A DNA stretch of 64,000 bases from Macrostomum lignano (lineage: Eukaryota): contig NIVC01002881.1 in NCBI GenBank assembly GCA_002269645.1, positions 1 to 64,000 of the forward strand, read 5' to 3'. Below are positions 36,701 through 48,176 of the stretch, piece by piece (the stretch's first letter is position 1; every line of letters begins with the position of its first letter). The translations under genes were made by a program, and so were the position numbers. The notes beneath the pieces are model-generated. The model had not been told where the DNA came from. It worked only from the letters and a program-made list of their open reading frames with translations, and did no database searches.

Positions 36701-38172
36701 AGAGCACATACCGATTGTCCATGCGGACGCTTGCGCCTCTGAACGGCTTGTCTACCTCGAATCCGCCCATTTCTGGGGAACGCCTTCTGTACCGCGGGTA
36801 GCCAGCGTCAGTGAACATTGTAGCCGGCAGGAAATCCTTTGGAAATTCCTTGCTACACTTGCCATTTTCCATGCAGGGACAATTGGGATTCACCTTACAC
36901 ATGGCTCGTGAATCAATGGGTTTTGACAAGTTCATGCAGTTCCGGTTGAGTATGGGGATCCGGAATCTCCGCCGAAACAATCTCGTCGTATCGGTCAGGA
37001 GTCACTCTATCCCGGCTGACCATCCAGAGCAGTACATGCACATGCGGCAGACCTGAGTTGCACAAATGAATCATACAATGCTGTGTCAGGTACAAGTTGC
37101 TAGTGTGAGTCTGTTTTATGTACAATACATCTCTCTGGGGAATAATTTGAAATACTCATGAGCATTCCTTTCAGAAAAAAGCACTTCATCCTAAAGCTAA
37201 GAAAGCACAGCATGAACAAATTTCTCAAAACTTGCAAAAATGTAACGAAAATTTCATATCCTTCTATTGCAATATACGCGTACTGTAAACTGACTCACCG
37301 CGCTTCTGGTACTCCAGAGCGCAGACGTGTGCAGCCACCTTTCCAAAGCATGTCTTGAGCTGGGCCATCAGAGGGCATCTTTTTCAGCTCAAACACCCTA
37401 GTGACAATGTCAGGCCTGTCCTCTGGCTTCTGTCCGGGCAGCAGCTCGTCGGTAATCTCCTGCCACTTCGGGTTGCAGGTGGCTGTTACGAACAAGTCTG
37501 GCTTGCCGGAACTTATGCACGTAGGCCATTGCATCCTGCAGTCGCTCCATCATATAGCGAGGCCCGCCAACAAAGCTTGACGACAAAATGACTGGCTTTC
37601 CGACCTCATTGGGGTTGGAATCCTTTCGCAATCCGTCCTCAGCAAACAGCGCGTCTCGCAGGCCGCTGTACGTTTCGCTGCGAAGGTCGTCTTAGTGCGT
37701 GCGCAGGTACGTTAATCTCTCTGCCTCAATTTTGGCGCACATATCCACGAGATACTGCTGAAACAGGCGCCGACCATACAGAAGCGGATTGAACCGGTCC
37801 GGCCGCACCATAACTTCGCTAGCGTAATACTTTCTGGGCGTCAGCCTTCCGCCATTGGTCATTCGCAGTTCCGGATGCTAGCCGTCTTGTCCGTACGGCA
37901 AAAGCAGCAAGTACTGCAGTGCGTCGTAGACCCGATGGGTCACTGAGACTGAATGGTAACGCCTGTGGTTTCCGTCTTCTGGATGGCGAAGCTCAATCAA
38001 AACATCGCGCGAGGTCACGGAGCCTTCGGAGGCGTCGCCCGACAACCAGGATGCCGACCTCATTAGCTTCAGGCAGATTGTAGCGCCTGTGCGTTAAGAA
38101 AAGAAGTTTTTATCGCAAATAACATTGATTCTTCACCACCGATGCAAAAGCTGCTGAAAATACCCACGCTTT

Positions 38173-40387
38173 TGATGTAACCACGCTCTGGTCGCGGGAT
38201 AGGGCATGGGAACTTTTTCGAAAGTGCCTCCTATCCCGTGCACCCCCCCCCCCTGCATAGAGCTGTCGAGACTCGGCCAGGTCTCCGACCAGGCCTGGAG
38301 ACTCCCGCTCTGCTGCACCCCCCTGCTGCCTCGGCTCCGTCTCCCCTACCGCCACACTTGCCTTTCCGGAGCTCCCTGTCCCTCTCTGTACCCTCCCCTC
38401 TACCTTATCTCCCCTGCGCTCCACCCTACTCTTCTTGTACTTTCCCTATCCCCCCTCTTTTTGTCTCTCTCTGCACTCTTTTCTTGCGCTGTCCCCTCTT
38501 TCTCTACGTCTACTTACAGTATGTTGTGTGCTCACCGACCTCCCATCCCTTCCCAAACTCCCAAACGGTGACGCAAGTCGTGTGACCCCTTCTTCCCCTC
38601 GATGACTTATCGATGACTCATCCCCCTCTCTTGCGCAACCTTTTCTCATGCTATTGTTCTCCTCCCCAAATTTCTCATGCGACACCCACCTCACCTCCGC
38701 TTCTATTGTTCTCGTTTTTGATTCTTTTGTTCTCTCGACCCCCACCAATTATCACATTTTCTCCGATTTTCTCTTTCTATTGTTCTCGTTTTCGCACCTA
38801 ATTATCATTTTTCCCCAATTTTTGCTTTTCTATTGTTCTCGATTCTCCCCAATTATTCCCGATTTCCGATTCCTTTGTTCTCGACCCCAGCCCCATTGTT
38901 CTAAATGTTTGCTTGCGCAACACTTTCGCGACCACCCGCTGCGCCAATTATTCCCCCACCCCACCTCCGGATTGCGCAATTCTCCCATTTCTCATGTTGC
39001 TATGCCGGTCTCATGTTTCTCATTATGACTCATTCTGACGTCATTCTGCCGGCAGCCAATCAGAGAGAGGGAGTCATGGTAACGACCTGGGAGAGGCGGC
39101 TGTGAAGGCTATAAAAGGAAGCGATTTCGGCATGAGAATCCTCAGATTGTTTGGGACTGTTCGTCTCCTCGTCCTTCTTTGGACTTGCGGTCAGACACTG
39201 ATCTGACTTTCCCGTCTATAAGACGAACCCCTGCCGGTCCGCTGTCTGTTACCGCCAAGTTATCCTTAGCTCCCCAAGTGAGCTCGCCTATCGGCCAGCG
39301 GTCTGTTACCGCCCAGCATCATCAGCATCGCCTGATCTACACCAGCGCCTAGTCGCTTCAGCGCATCGCCGCTTCACCGTCTGCCTGACTGCAGCCTACA
39401 GCCGCCCTCGGTCACTCCGCCTCTCTCTCTGTGCAGCTGCCGGTAAGTTCCTATTACTAATTTGTGCTCTAATCGCCTTGCTTATCCGGGGTTTGCCTAT
39501 TTGCCATTGCTTAATTAGAGAGCTGAGCCAATTGTGATACCGTAACTTTTGCTGTATTTTACTCAATAGTGAAGCCGCCTAAGTGCCTGACTATTTGCCT
39601 AAGGGCCTAATTATTAACTATTAACTAACCTCATCATTATTCACTCTTTCACCATCATTTCACTCATGGCTTGCTAAGCCTTTCCCCCGGGGTGGCGAAG
39701 CATAAGGAAGTTTGGGTAAGCTAATGGCCTCTCCCCGTGCAAAGCTCGCCTGTGAGTGCGTGCTGCGGGGCCGTGGGTGCGTGCAGTAGAGGGATTAGCG
39801 AGTCTTGGCGCAGAATGGCAGTAGGAAGGTTGCAACCCCATGCTGACGCGTCCCTTCGCCCTGAGCAATCTAAACTATAGACAGTACATGTTCGCCTCAT
39901 ACTACTCTTAGTAATCAAAGTCGCAAGTCAGCCTCGCTCACAGCCACAAAGGATCCCCTGCTGAGAAATCCTCCAGATTGAGCCCAGAGTTCCCGATCAT
40001 GCCCCAAGCAGAGTCCCTGTACTCGGCTGCATGCGTCTCCCCTGTTAGCCTAAATCTCCTGGTAACCAATCCAGGCGGGGCTCTAGCCTCGAGAGGTCTG
40101 GTAGAAAGATCCAGGTGCGCCAGGTCACATAGAGTGGTGGCAGCCACTCGGTCATACTATGACCGAGTGACCAACTATTGCACCTTGGCTACAGGTGGGG
40201 TCCATGTGGGTCCTTGGCCCTCTGGTCACGAAGCGCTACCAAAGCTATCAATCATGTGGGCGGGACAGTCTGGTGCTGGAGGTCCGTCAGGTCATTGCCC
40301 GGTCATAGGAAGCCTACGGTCATTGCCCCCTCTAGTCATGCGTTCGTCTCTCAACGGAGCGGACAGGCGACAAGGGCGGTTACATCA
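38173..40387 (+). mobile_element. 2215-bp solo-LTR-like insertion in a Rep/Hel intron
   Basis: Termini TGATGTAACC...GGTTACATCA (10-bp inverted repeat, TG..CA); 4-bp TSD CTTT (38169-38172 and 40388-40391); no transposase or pol ORF. Confidence 0.7.
39036..39116 (+). promoter_or_regulatory. Pol II promoter-like module inside the solo LTR
   Basis: TGACGTCA (39036-39043), CCAAT (39056-39060), TATAAAA (39110-39116); downstream GTAAGT donor at 39443. Confidence 0.5.
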
Positions 40388-41738
40388 CTTTCAAATTGGC
40401 TTTGAACATACACCACAAATGCATAAGTCAACTTGACCAACTATTTGCTTTTGAGAAAATCCAGCCTCATAAAGTCCGTATTCTACAGTATTTAAACAAA
40501 AATTTAGTAGCAGTTGAATTACTTTAACCAATCAGGTTAAAGTACACAACAAGGAGGAATCAAGAAACGTAGCATGACTTAAAAATAGTACAGAGTACTA
40601 AAATTTCTTACAATAACTCAAGCCCAATAGCGACTCACCGGATATGCTCTCCAGTAGGCCGAAGGTTCGGGTAAATGACGATTCGAGCGTGTCTCAGCTC
40701 CGGCGCTTCATCGATTCGTTGGGCTGCAGCCTTCAGGCTCCGGACATATTCGTTGCAGTCGTGCAACACAGCCTGCAGCAGCTTGAGCAGCTCCGGATCG
40801 ACATTTCTGCTGAGAGTCAGTCGGCTCTCCAGTTCACGGTCCGTGAAGTATGCCTGATAGCCATGAGGTATAGTTGAGGTATAGTTGAAGCCCCGGCATA
40901 CAGAGGCGGGATGCTGTGCACCAGATCACCATTGATGATGTAGCTGGGGCAGTAACCTCGCATGGGTCGCAGGGTAACCTTCAGTGAGGTAAGGTGCAGC
41001 ACCGCATTGTAGCTTCGGATGTTAGTCAAGAAATTAGCGCTCAGCGGGTGGCGCCCAACGAACAGGTCCTGCAGGATTGGCGGCACAGTCTTGGCAGACA
41101 GCTTCACCCTGCCCGCTGCACAGCAGATTCCTGCTGGCTCTCCTGTCCAGTACAAGGCATTGCAGTTCTGGCAGCGTTTGCTCATGCGGCCAGCTGATGG
41201 ACTTGTGGCTCAGGCCTGGGTGCGGGATCGGCTCTGTAGAGGGGAAAAAGAGATGCACATAATTCAGATTGCAAAGAGAGACTTAAATTCAAGTTCAAAA
41301 TTCTTAATTTTAAATTCGAAAGACAAAAGACGAATGTCAATGCTTTTAAATGTATGAAAATTCCAAGCGCAAAGAAATACTTTAAAAGTAGTACACATAG
41401 CATGGCATATGCGCGATAATGGAAACAAAAATTATATAGTGCTTCAATACAACTCACCCAGCATCCTCATCTGATAATTCGTGCACATCAGACGCAACAC
41501 TGACAGCGGGCTGACAGTGGTTCGTACTGCAAATTTCAATGGATGGGAATAATTTTCAATTTTTGTACTAAAAATTAGCAATATCATTACGACGGCATCT
41601 TTATTGATGTAAATAAGGAAAATATTATATTGGCTTAAAAAAAATTGGTATTTTCTACTACAATTTATTCGGATAAAAATTTTTAGAAAGCCTGGGAAGC
41701 AAAAAGTAGCTATATTTCTGTTAAAAAACTTAACTCAC

Positions 41739-42321
41739 CTAGACTTGAGAAACTCAGGCAGAGCAGAGGCAGAACTGTCCTCGGAGACTGGAGTCGCAAA
41801 ACGCAGAGAGTCGTAATGCTCACCATGGCGGTCATAGAGAAGCTGCACGGAGGCAACTGCAGGTCTTCTTGCAGCTGGAGCCTGCTGCACCAGCTGGAGC
41901 TGCCTTCTGCCATGGTCGGCATACTGATACTCGTAGATGGCGTAATCAACATCAAGAATTTGATTCAGCATGGGTGCAATATGCTCATGCACATCAACTC
42001 CATCCTGTTGGGTCTCAGCAATCACTCTATCCACTGTTAGACCAAGAGCTGCAAGTGTAGCATGCTGAGCTTCAAGCAGTGGTCTGGCATTAGTTGCAAT
42101 GAAACGCCGAAGTTGCTGATGGTCCATATAGTGGTGTGCCAATGAGCTGGTCAGACACAGAATGGAAGTAGCAATTGCCATCTCCGCTCACTCTGGTGAC
42201 TTGTGTTGCACTAACTGGCACATTGCTAGGTAGATCCAAGTGGCTGTAAGTTTGGGAGACAATAGGGCCAAGATAATAAATAATATTAGCAGAAGGAACC
42301 ATCAGATTAGCTGCCACAATA
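41739..42321 (-). other. OTU-like cysteine protease domain exon of the Helitron gene (one frameshift near 42130)
   Basis: Cys box VSGDGNCYFHSVSDQL, then DHQQLRRF, and His box LLYDRHGEHYDSL. Confidence 0.85.
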
Positions 42322-42504
42322 CTTAAAGCTTATAATTATCCAGACAGCTCGTGATTAGTACATGTAATCAAGAGTATTAGAGGAGAGCGCAGAGGACAGG
42401 AGAGGGGAAGAGAGAACAGCCTTACCTGACACTTTGCTGCGGTTCGAGAGACCTCCGATAATGCTGTCGATGAAAACGCAGCCGATCTTCCCGCTGCGAA
42501 CCTG

Positions 42505-43265
42505 ACTCCTCAGCTCTCCGCCGATCCGTGCGCTCTTTGTCTGCCATCAGCCGAGCTTCGCGATCTGACTCGGTCTCCATTGATCTGCGGCGATCCGTGC
42601 GCTCTTTGTCTGCCATCAGCCGAGCTTCGCGATCTGACTCGGTCTCCATTGATCTGCGGCGATCCGTGCGCTCTTTGTCTGCCATCAGCCGAGCTTCGCG
42701 ATCTGACTCGGTCTCCATTGATCTGTGGCGATTCGTGCGCTCTTTGTCTGCCATCAGCCGAGCTTCGCGATCTGATTCGGTCTCCATTGATCTGTGGCGA
42801 TTCGTGCGCTCTTTGTCTGCCATCAGCCGAGCTTCGCGATCTGACTCGGTCTCCATTGATCTGTGGCGATTCGTGCGCTCTTTGTCTGCCATCAGCCGAG
42901 CTTCGCGATCTGACTCGGTCTCCATTGATCTGTGGCGATTCGTGCGCTCTTTGTCTGCCATCAGCCGAGCTTCGCGATCTGACTCGGTCTCCATTGATCT
43001 GCGGCGATCCGTGCGCTCTTTGTCTGCCATCAGCCGAGCTTCGCGATCTGACTCGGTCTCCATTGATCTGTGGCGATTCGTGCGCTCTTTGTCTGCCATC
43101 AGCCGAGCTTCGCGATCTGACTCGGTCTCCATTGATCTGCGGCGATCCGTGCGCTCTTTGTCTGCCATCAGCCGAGCTTCGCGATCTGACTCGGTCTCCA
43201 TTGATCTGCGGCGATCCGTGCGCTCTTTGTCTGCCATCAGCCGAGCTTCGCGATCTGATGCCGAC
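42505..43265 (-). repeat. Coding tandem repeat, 11 x 69 bp = 23-aa STPR-like units, in exon 1 of the Helitron gene
   Basis: Unit ETESDREARLMADKERT(D/N)R(R/H)RSM, with E1, R9 and L10 as in STPR repeats; period 69 (42541 to 42610); open frame from the ATG at 43414 to the GTAAG donor at 42425. Confidence 0.85.
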
Positions 43266-44079
43266 TCACCGGAACGCCGTTTGTGTTCGCCTTGGCGCTT
43301 TTTTAGCCTTTGCGCTTTCAGTCGCTGCTCTCTAGCATCAGCGGATTCTTCTCGACGGCGTCTCTTCGCCTCGCGGCTTTTCGACAATGCGCTTTTCGCA
43401 CCACGCTTTGCCATTCTCGATGCAAAAGAATTAAGCCAAATGATTATAACAATGAATAGAGAAAGTAAGAAATTAAATATAAGTAGCAGTACTGGGGTAG
43501 TAGATATGCAATTAATGTTTATATTTAAATTGCTAGAGAATACAAAACAATGTAATACACAGAGTACTGGAAAATCGCTATGAGTAAGAAAGTTCACTTA
43601 TCTTAGAAAAATCTAGCAGAGAATGTTACTGCAGAAAGATAATATTTAGGTGGTTGCTGTTGGTAAAAATTGAAACTGAACAGTTGAGACCCTTTTTAAA
43701 GGGCATTAATCTGATGCGCACATCTACTTTGTTTGCTAGCCATTTTCAATGATGCCAATCAGAGTAGCAGCAGGAAGGCTGAATCTGAATGTACACAATA
43801 TATTATTTTTCTTACCTTTGAACATAGCACATCATTCTTTAGACTAAGGCAAGAGAGAAAGTACTGAGGCAGTGCAGAGCTACGTACACTACACCCTCCT
43901 CCATCGCCCTCCAATCTGATAGGCAGTTCAGATAAGATTGCACGCATAAGAGAGGTTAACAAGCGAATCAAAGCTATATACTTTAAATAGCTATAGATCT
44001 TGGACACCACCCCATTTACGCGTGGCCAGTTCCAAACTAATCACTACAATAAGATGCAATATCGATATGTCTCAAATAG

Positions 44080-44585
44080 TAGTACACCATGCTCCATAAC
44101 AACAATCTCATGCTCCATAGCAACAATCTCGTGCACCATAGCAGTAATAGTAGCAACAATCTTGTACAAAATAGCAACAATCTCATGCTCCATAACAACA
44201 ATCTCATGCACCATAGCAACAATCTCATGCTCCATAGCAACAATCTCGTGCACCATAGCAACAATCTCGTGCACCATAGCAGTAATAGTAGCAATAATCT
44301 TGTACAAAATAGCAACAATCTCATGCTCCATAGCAACAATCTCATGCACCATAGCAACAATCTCATGCTCCATAGCAACAATCTCATGCACCATAGCAAC
44401 AATCTCATGCTCCATAGCAACAATCTCGTGCACCATAGCAACAATCTCACGCATCATAGCAGTAATATTGTAGCAACAATCTTGTACAAAATAGCAACAA
44501 TCTCATGCTCCATAGCAACAATCCAATGCACCATAGCAACAATATCGTGCACCATAGCAACAATCTCGTGCACCATAGCAACATC
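44080..44585. repeat. 21-bp minisatellite (catagcaacaatctcatgctc) with higher-order variants
   Basis: Explains the IATISCS / MVHEIVA ORFs. Confidence 0.95.
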
Positions 44586-44844
44586 TCGTGTCGTTTCATA
44601 CACAAGAACATACTTGTTCATACCGTTTCGAATAATTTGGAAAATTTAATCGGCAGACCATTTCAGATTTTTAAACACTGGCTTTAAAAATTAGTATCGA
44701 AGTTGGTCAAAATGAACTCGAGGTCGCACTTGACCTGAAATAACAGTTGACCTGTTTTCCAGTTTTTATTAATTGCAGTTGACTCAGTAAAGTGCAATTA
44801 ACCTATCAGAAGACAGCTCCCAAAACTTCCTCCTACACATATCG

Positions 44845-44858
44845 TCTGTCTGTCTGGC

Positions 44859-44903
<45 letters not shown>

Positions 44904-44940
44904 GTCTGTCTTAGTGTCTTAGTGTCTTAGTTTCTTAGTG

Positions 44941-44973
<33 letters not shown>

Positions 44974-44986
44974 GTCTGTCTGTCTC

Positions 44987-45021
<35 letters not shown>

Positions 45022-45058
45022 GTCTGTCTTAGTGTCTTAGTGTCTTAGTTTCTTAGTG

Positions 45059-45095
<37 letters not shown>
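44845..45095. repeat. (TGTC)n compound microsatellite, internally duplicated
   Basis: tctgtctg runs with ttagtgtc interruptions, occurring twice. Confidence 0.95.
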
Positions 45096-45549
45096 GGTTG
45101 GCTGGCTGTGTTTCACACAAATTTAAATTTAAAAACAAAGTTGGAATCCAAAAACAATTATTTCCAAAATTCCAAAATTCTAGATCATGTCTTATCATTT
45201 TAGCATATGTCTCATCATTCTAGCACGTCTCATCATTGCATTGAATCTATTTAATTTTATTGCAATTTTGATAAATGAATAGGCACAGCAGTCCAGTGCT
45301 TAGTTTTTATGAATCAGTAGAAGTCAGAAGATGCAGCAAGTGTCTCCGAGTCCACAGTAGAAATGCTTTGCCTGAAATTGCATATGACTATTAAATAAAA
45401 TTTGAATTGTCTGTTTTAAACCAAGAAATCTACTCAATTGAAAATGTCTTACTGTGAGCTACTTGCAGTAGCAATTGTGACTGTTGTCTGAAAATGATTT
45501 TTAGTGGATGGAAGTCATCATTGAAAGAATGGCTTGGATGGGCCACCAG

Positions 45550-47107
45550 CTATTTGTGATTCATGTAAATTTCGATGGAAACACTATGGCAGAAACAGAA
45601 AATATCAAGTGAAATGCAGGTTGTTTTTAACATTACCTCCCAACTGCCTTGGCGAAGACGAATACGCTTTACGCACAAGGGCAACTCAATTACGAGTTCA
45701 TCCTCTCTCTCTCCCCCTGCTGCCCTGCGATGCAACACGATGGGGTGATGAAGCCATCAGAGAAGAAATACGCGTTGGGATTACATCCTGCGTCTTAAAC
45801 CAATCCTCAAGGCCTTTTGCCAGGTCCAGAAAGTCCGGATTTAGGACACACAGCGAACTGCTGCAAGTGAGGGAAAGTCCTCCAAAGTCACATGTTCTAG
45901 CTCCTTTTATCGCCAACACTTGGCCAATTGCCCAGTCAGTCACTTGCGCAGCACTTTGGCCCCAAAATGTGGCTTTAACGCTGACGTTTGTCTTGTCAGT
46001 CAGCGTAACTGCTGACTTAATCACCTCTCCTCTCTTAGTCTTCGTGCTCTTGGGCTTCTCAATGGCTTGAATGACGGCGATCACGTCGACTACGGTAAGG
46101 AGAAAACAGTGTAAAATTGAAGTACGAATACCGCGAAGACAAGGATGTACTGGACATGTTATCACTGACTCTAGCTAAAGAGTTGAGAGCGAGTCTAAAA
46201 ATTCTCTGGCAATTTTAGAGTGAAGGGCGATTGCGATTCTAAACATTGAACGGTGATTCTTAAAATTGCAAGGCGATTCTAAAGATTTGAAGACTGATAT
46301 TGAAAGTGGGGGGCGTTTAATACATAAAGTAGAGACATATTTTTGATTTTGAGAGCTGGTAATTAATCCGAAACTTACCCCTTGCTTCCAACATCAGTGA
46401 GGTTCCCAATCGCTTGGTACCGCTCAAATCGTGGATTGCCGTAAATATCCGCCTCACAGTTTTCCACACCAGCCTCATTGTCACTCAATTAAACCTTTAC
46501 TTCCAACGCGCTGCTTCCAATGTTAAAGGCAGTGTCTCCTGCCGAAACCTTTCCGCCTCGAATCGCAACACTTTTTACCCGGTTCGCATGTGCTCCATAT
46601 ATTTTCAATTTGTTGTTTGGTGCCGAAGAAAGTAGTTCTCACGTCGTCGGTGTCATCCACGATGAGTATTGAAAACAGCATTTTTTCTCCGTCTAGATAC
46701 GTGCGAGTCTGCAACAGTAGAATGCGTAGTGTATTTAATAATTATCTTAATTAAAAGGTACATCCAGGGACTACTTGAACTCGGGACGGGTAACGACGAA
46801 CTTGAAGGATACGTTTTGACTGACCACAGACAAATTTACTGACTACAAGGTAGAACATATCGAAGTAATGCTTTTCGAGGAATAAGTTATTAATAGATAG
46901 GCCTTCAAGTTTTGTTGTTTCCCGTCCCGAGTTTGAGTAGTCCCTAGGTACATGCTGATCTAATAACATATATAAGCAAGATTTTGATTCTACAAAGAAT
47001 TTAATGATGATACTTTGAAGCTACTAACCTCATTTCGAAGATGCACTTTGCCTTCGATCCTAGGCAGCACACTCTCACAGCTATACGCCGAAATGTCACA
47101 AAGCTTC
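45550..47107 (-). pseudogene. Second RPA70-like gene (OB-fold A and B), frameshifted
   Basis: Exons ~47107-47028, 46708-46379, 46089-~45665. KMLFSILIVDDTDDVRTTFF (DBD-A); VDVIAVI..VTLTDKTNVSVKATFWG..VLAIKGARTCDFGGLSL...NPD...LEDWF (very close to the RPA1 DBD-B pattern). Confidence 0.85.
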
Positions 47108-48176
47108 ATTGTGTAGATGACTGCAACGATAATTGAGTTAATGTTAAAACAGTTCCAGCTGACCCTTAAATGGTTACTTAAATGTAATAAAATATTTGCT
47201 GGCACAACGTCAGAACTACCCAAGTCGCAAAACAACGTAGTAAATGTACACAAAAAATTTGAAACATTGACAAATATGCATGCAGCCAATCAGACTACCC
47301 GCAGCAGAGCAAGTTAGATGGTCTGAGAGATTTATTGATTTCAGTCAATCAGCGCCGAGCTTGGGGTGCGCACACTGAGTTATTGATTTTCAGCAATTGC
47401 GAACTGCATGATTGTTGGCCAATGTTCATCGAGTTCACACAGAAGTTAACTTCCATACATGTATGTACATTCAATGGGTTGCAGTTGCAGGGGCTACTAC
47501 CCCGTGTGTGAGCTTGGGAGTGCACAATGAATCACAAAAGATAATTCTATCTCTGCAGTGTATATCATTACAGAGAGAGGTTCTGCACTTTAAAAACTTG
47601 TCGAAAAGAAAGTGAGAAGTGGAATATCAAGTATTCAGCTGCTTAGCAGTATAACCTGCAGCTGAGCAGTATAATTATCAATGTAGAATTATAAATGTAT
47701 TATAAATTTAGAATTTACCCCAAAAGCAGGCCGCAGCTAGCGTAACGTATCTGCCGATGTTCACGTAGACTGAAAAGACTGAAACTTCCCCTATGCAGGT
47801 TAGCAAATTTATTATAGGGGGATTACTATATGGTGATGTCTTCAGTTTTCTCCAGCATCTAGAGTTGTCCTCTCAGCAAACTACAATATTTCACTCAGCA
47901 GTCCGCAGTAACCCCCTCAGCAGTCTGCAGCCATGTCATTTGCAATGCTTTAGAAAACGCGATTAAAAATGGTTGAGGCATTCAATCTGTATAGTGAAAT
48001 TCCACAGACAGACAGACAGACAGACTTTAGAGATTTAGTATAGTTGGATTTTAACGATAGTAAAAATGAAAATACAAATCGTACAACTGGTTAAAACATT
48101 TTGTACCAAACATTAATAAAACATCAAATTTAAATTTAAGCTTTTTACTACATATTTATTAGTTTACTTATTATAT

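Larger units (their letters stand above)
33166..43414 (-). pseudogene. Helitron Rep/helicase transposase gene (about 10 exons, several frameshifts and stops)
   Basis: N-terminal C..C.ALYW..E...CC..G.V.L..NIRSYN; RRYNLP; FQQYLVD; ILSSSFVGGPRYM; PDLFVTATCNPKW; HUH motif EYQKR/GLPHVHVLL; KSVKYIIKY. PIF1 helicase: DAPAGTGKTF, ASSGIAATLLPGGQTAHS, WDEISM, DFRQLLPV, LRNINPPRLCNGTRL, QFPVRPSFCLTVQKAQ, HGQLYTALSR, TRNIVYPEVL*. GT-AG introns are visible. Confidence 0.95.

Noticed and set aside
44000-44649. Cys/His/Asn-rich ORFs resembling metal-binding proteins
   Set aside because: Artefacts of the 21-bp minisatellite, which is open in several frames on both strands.
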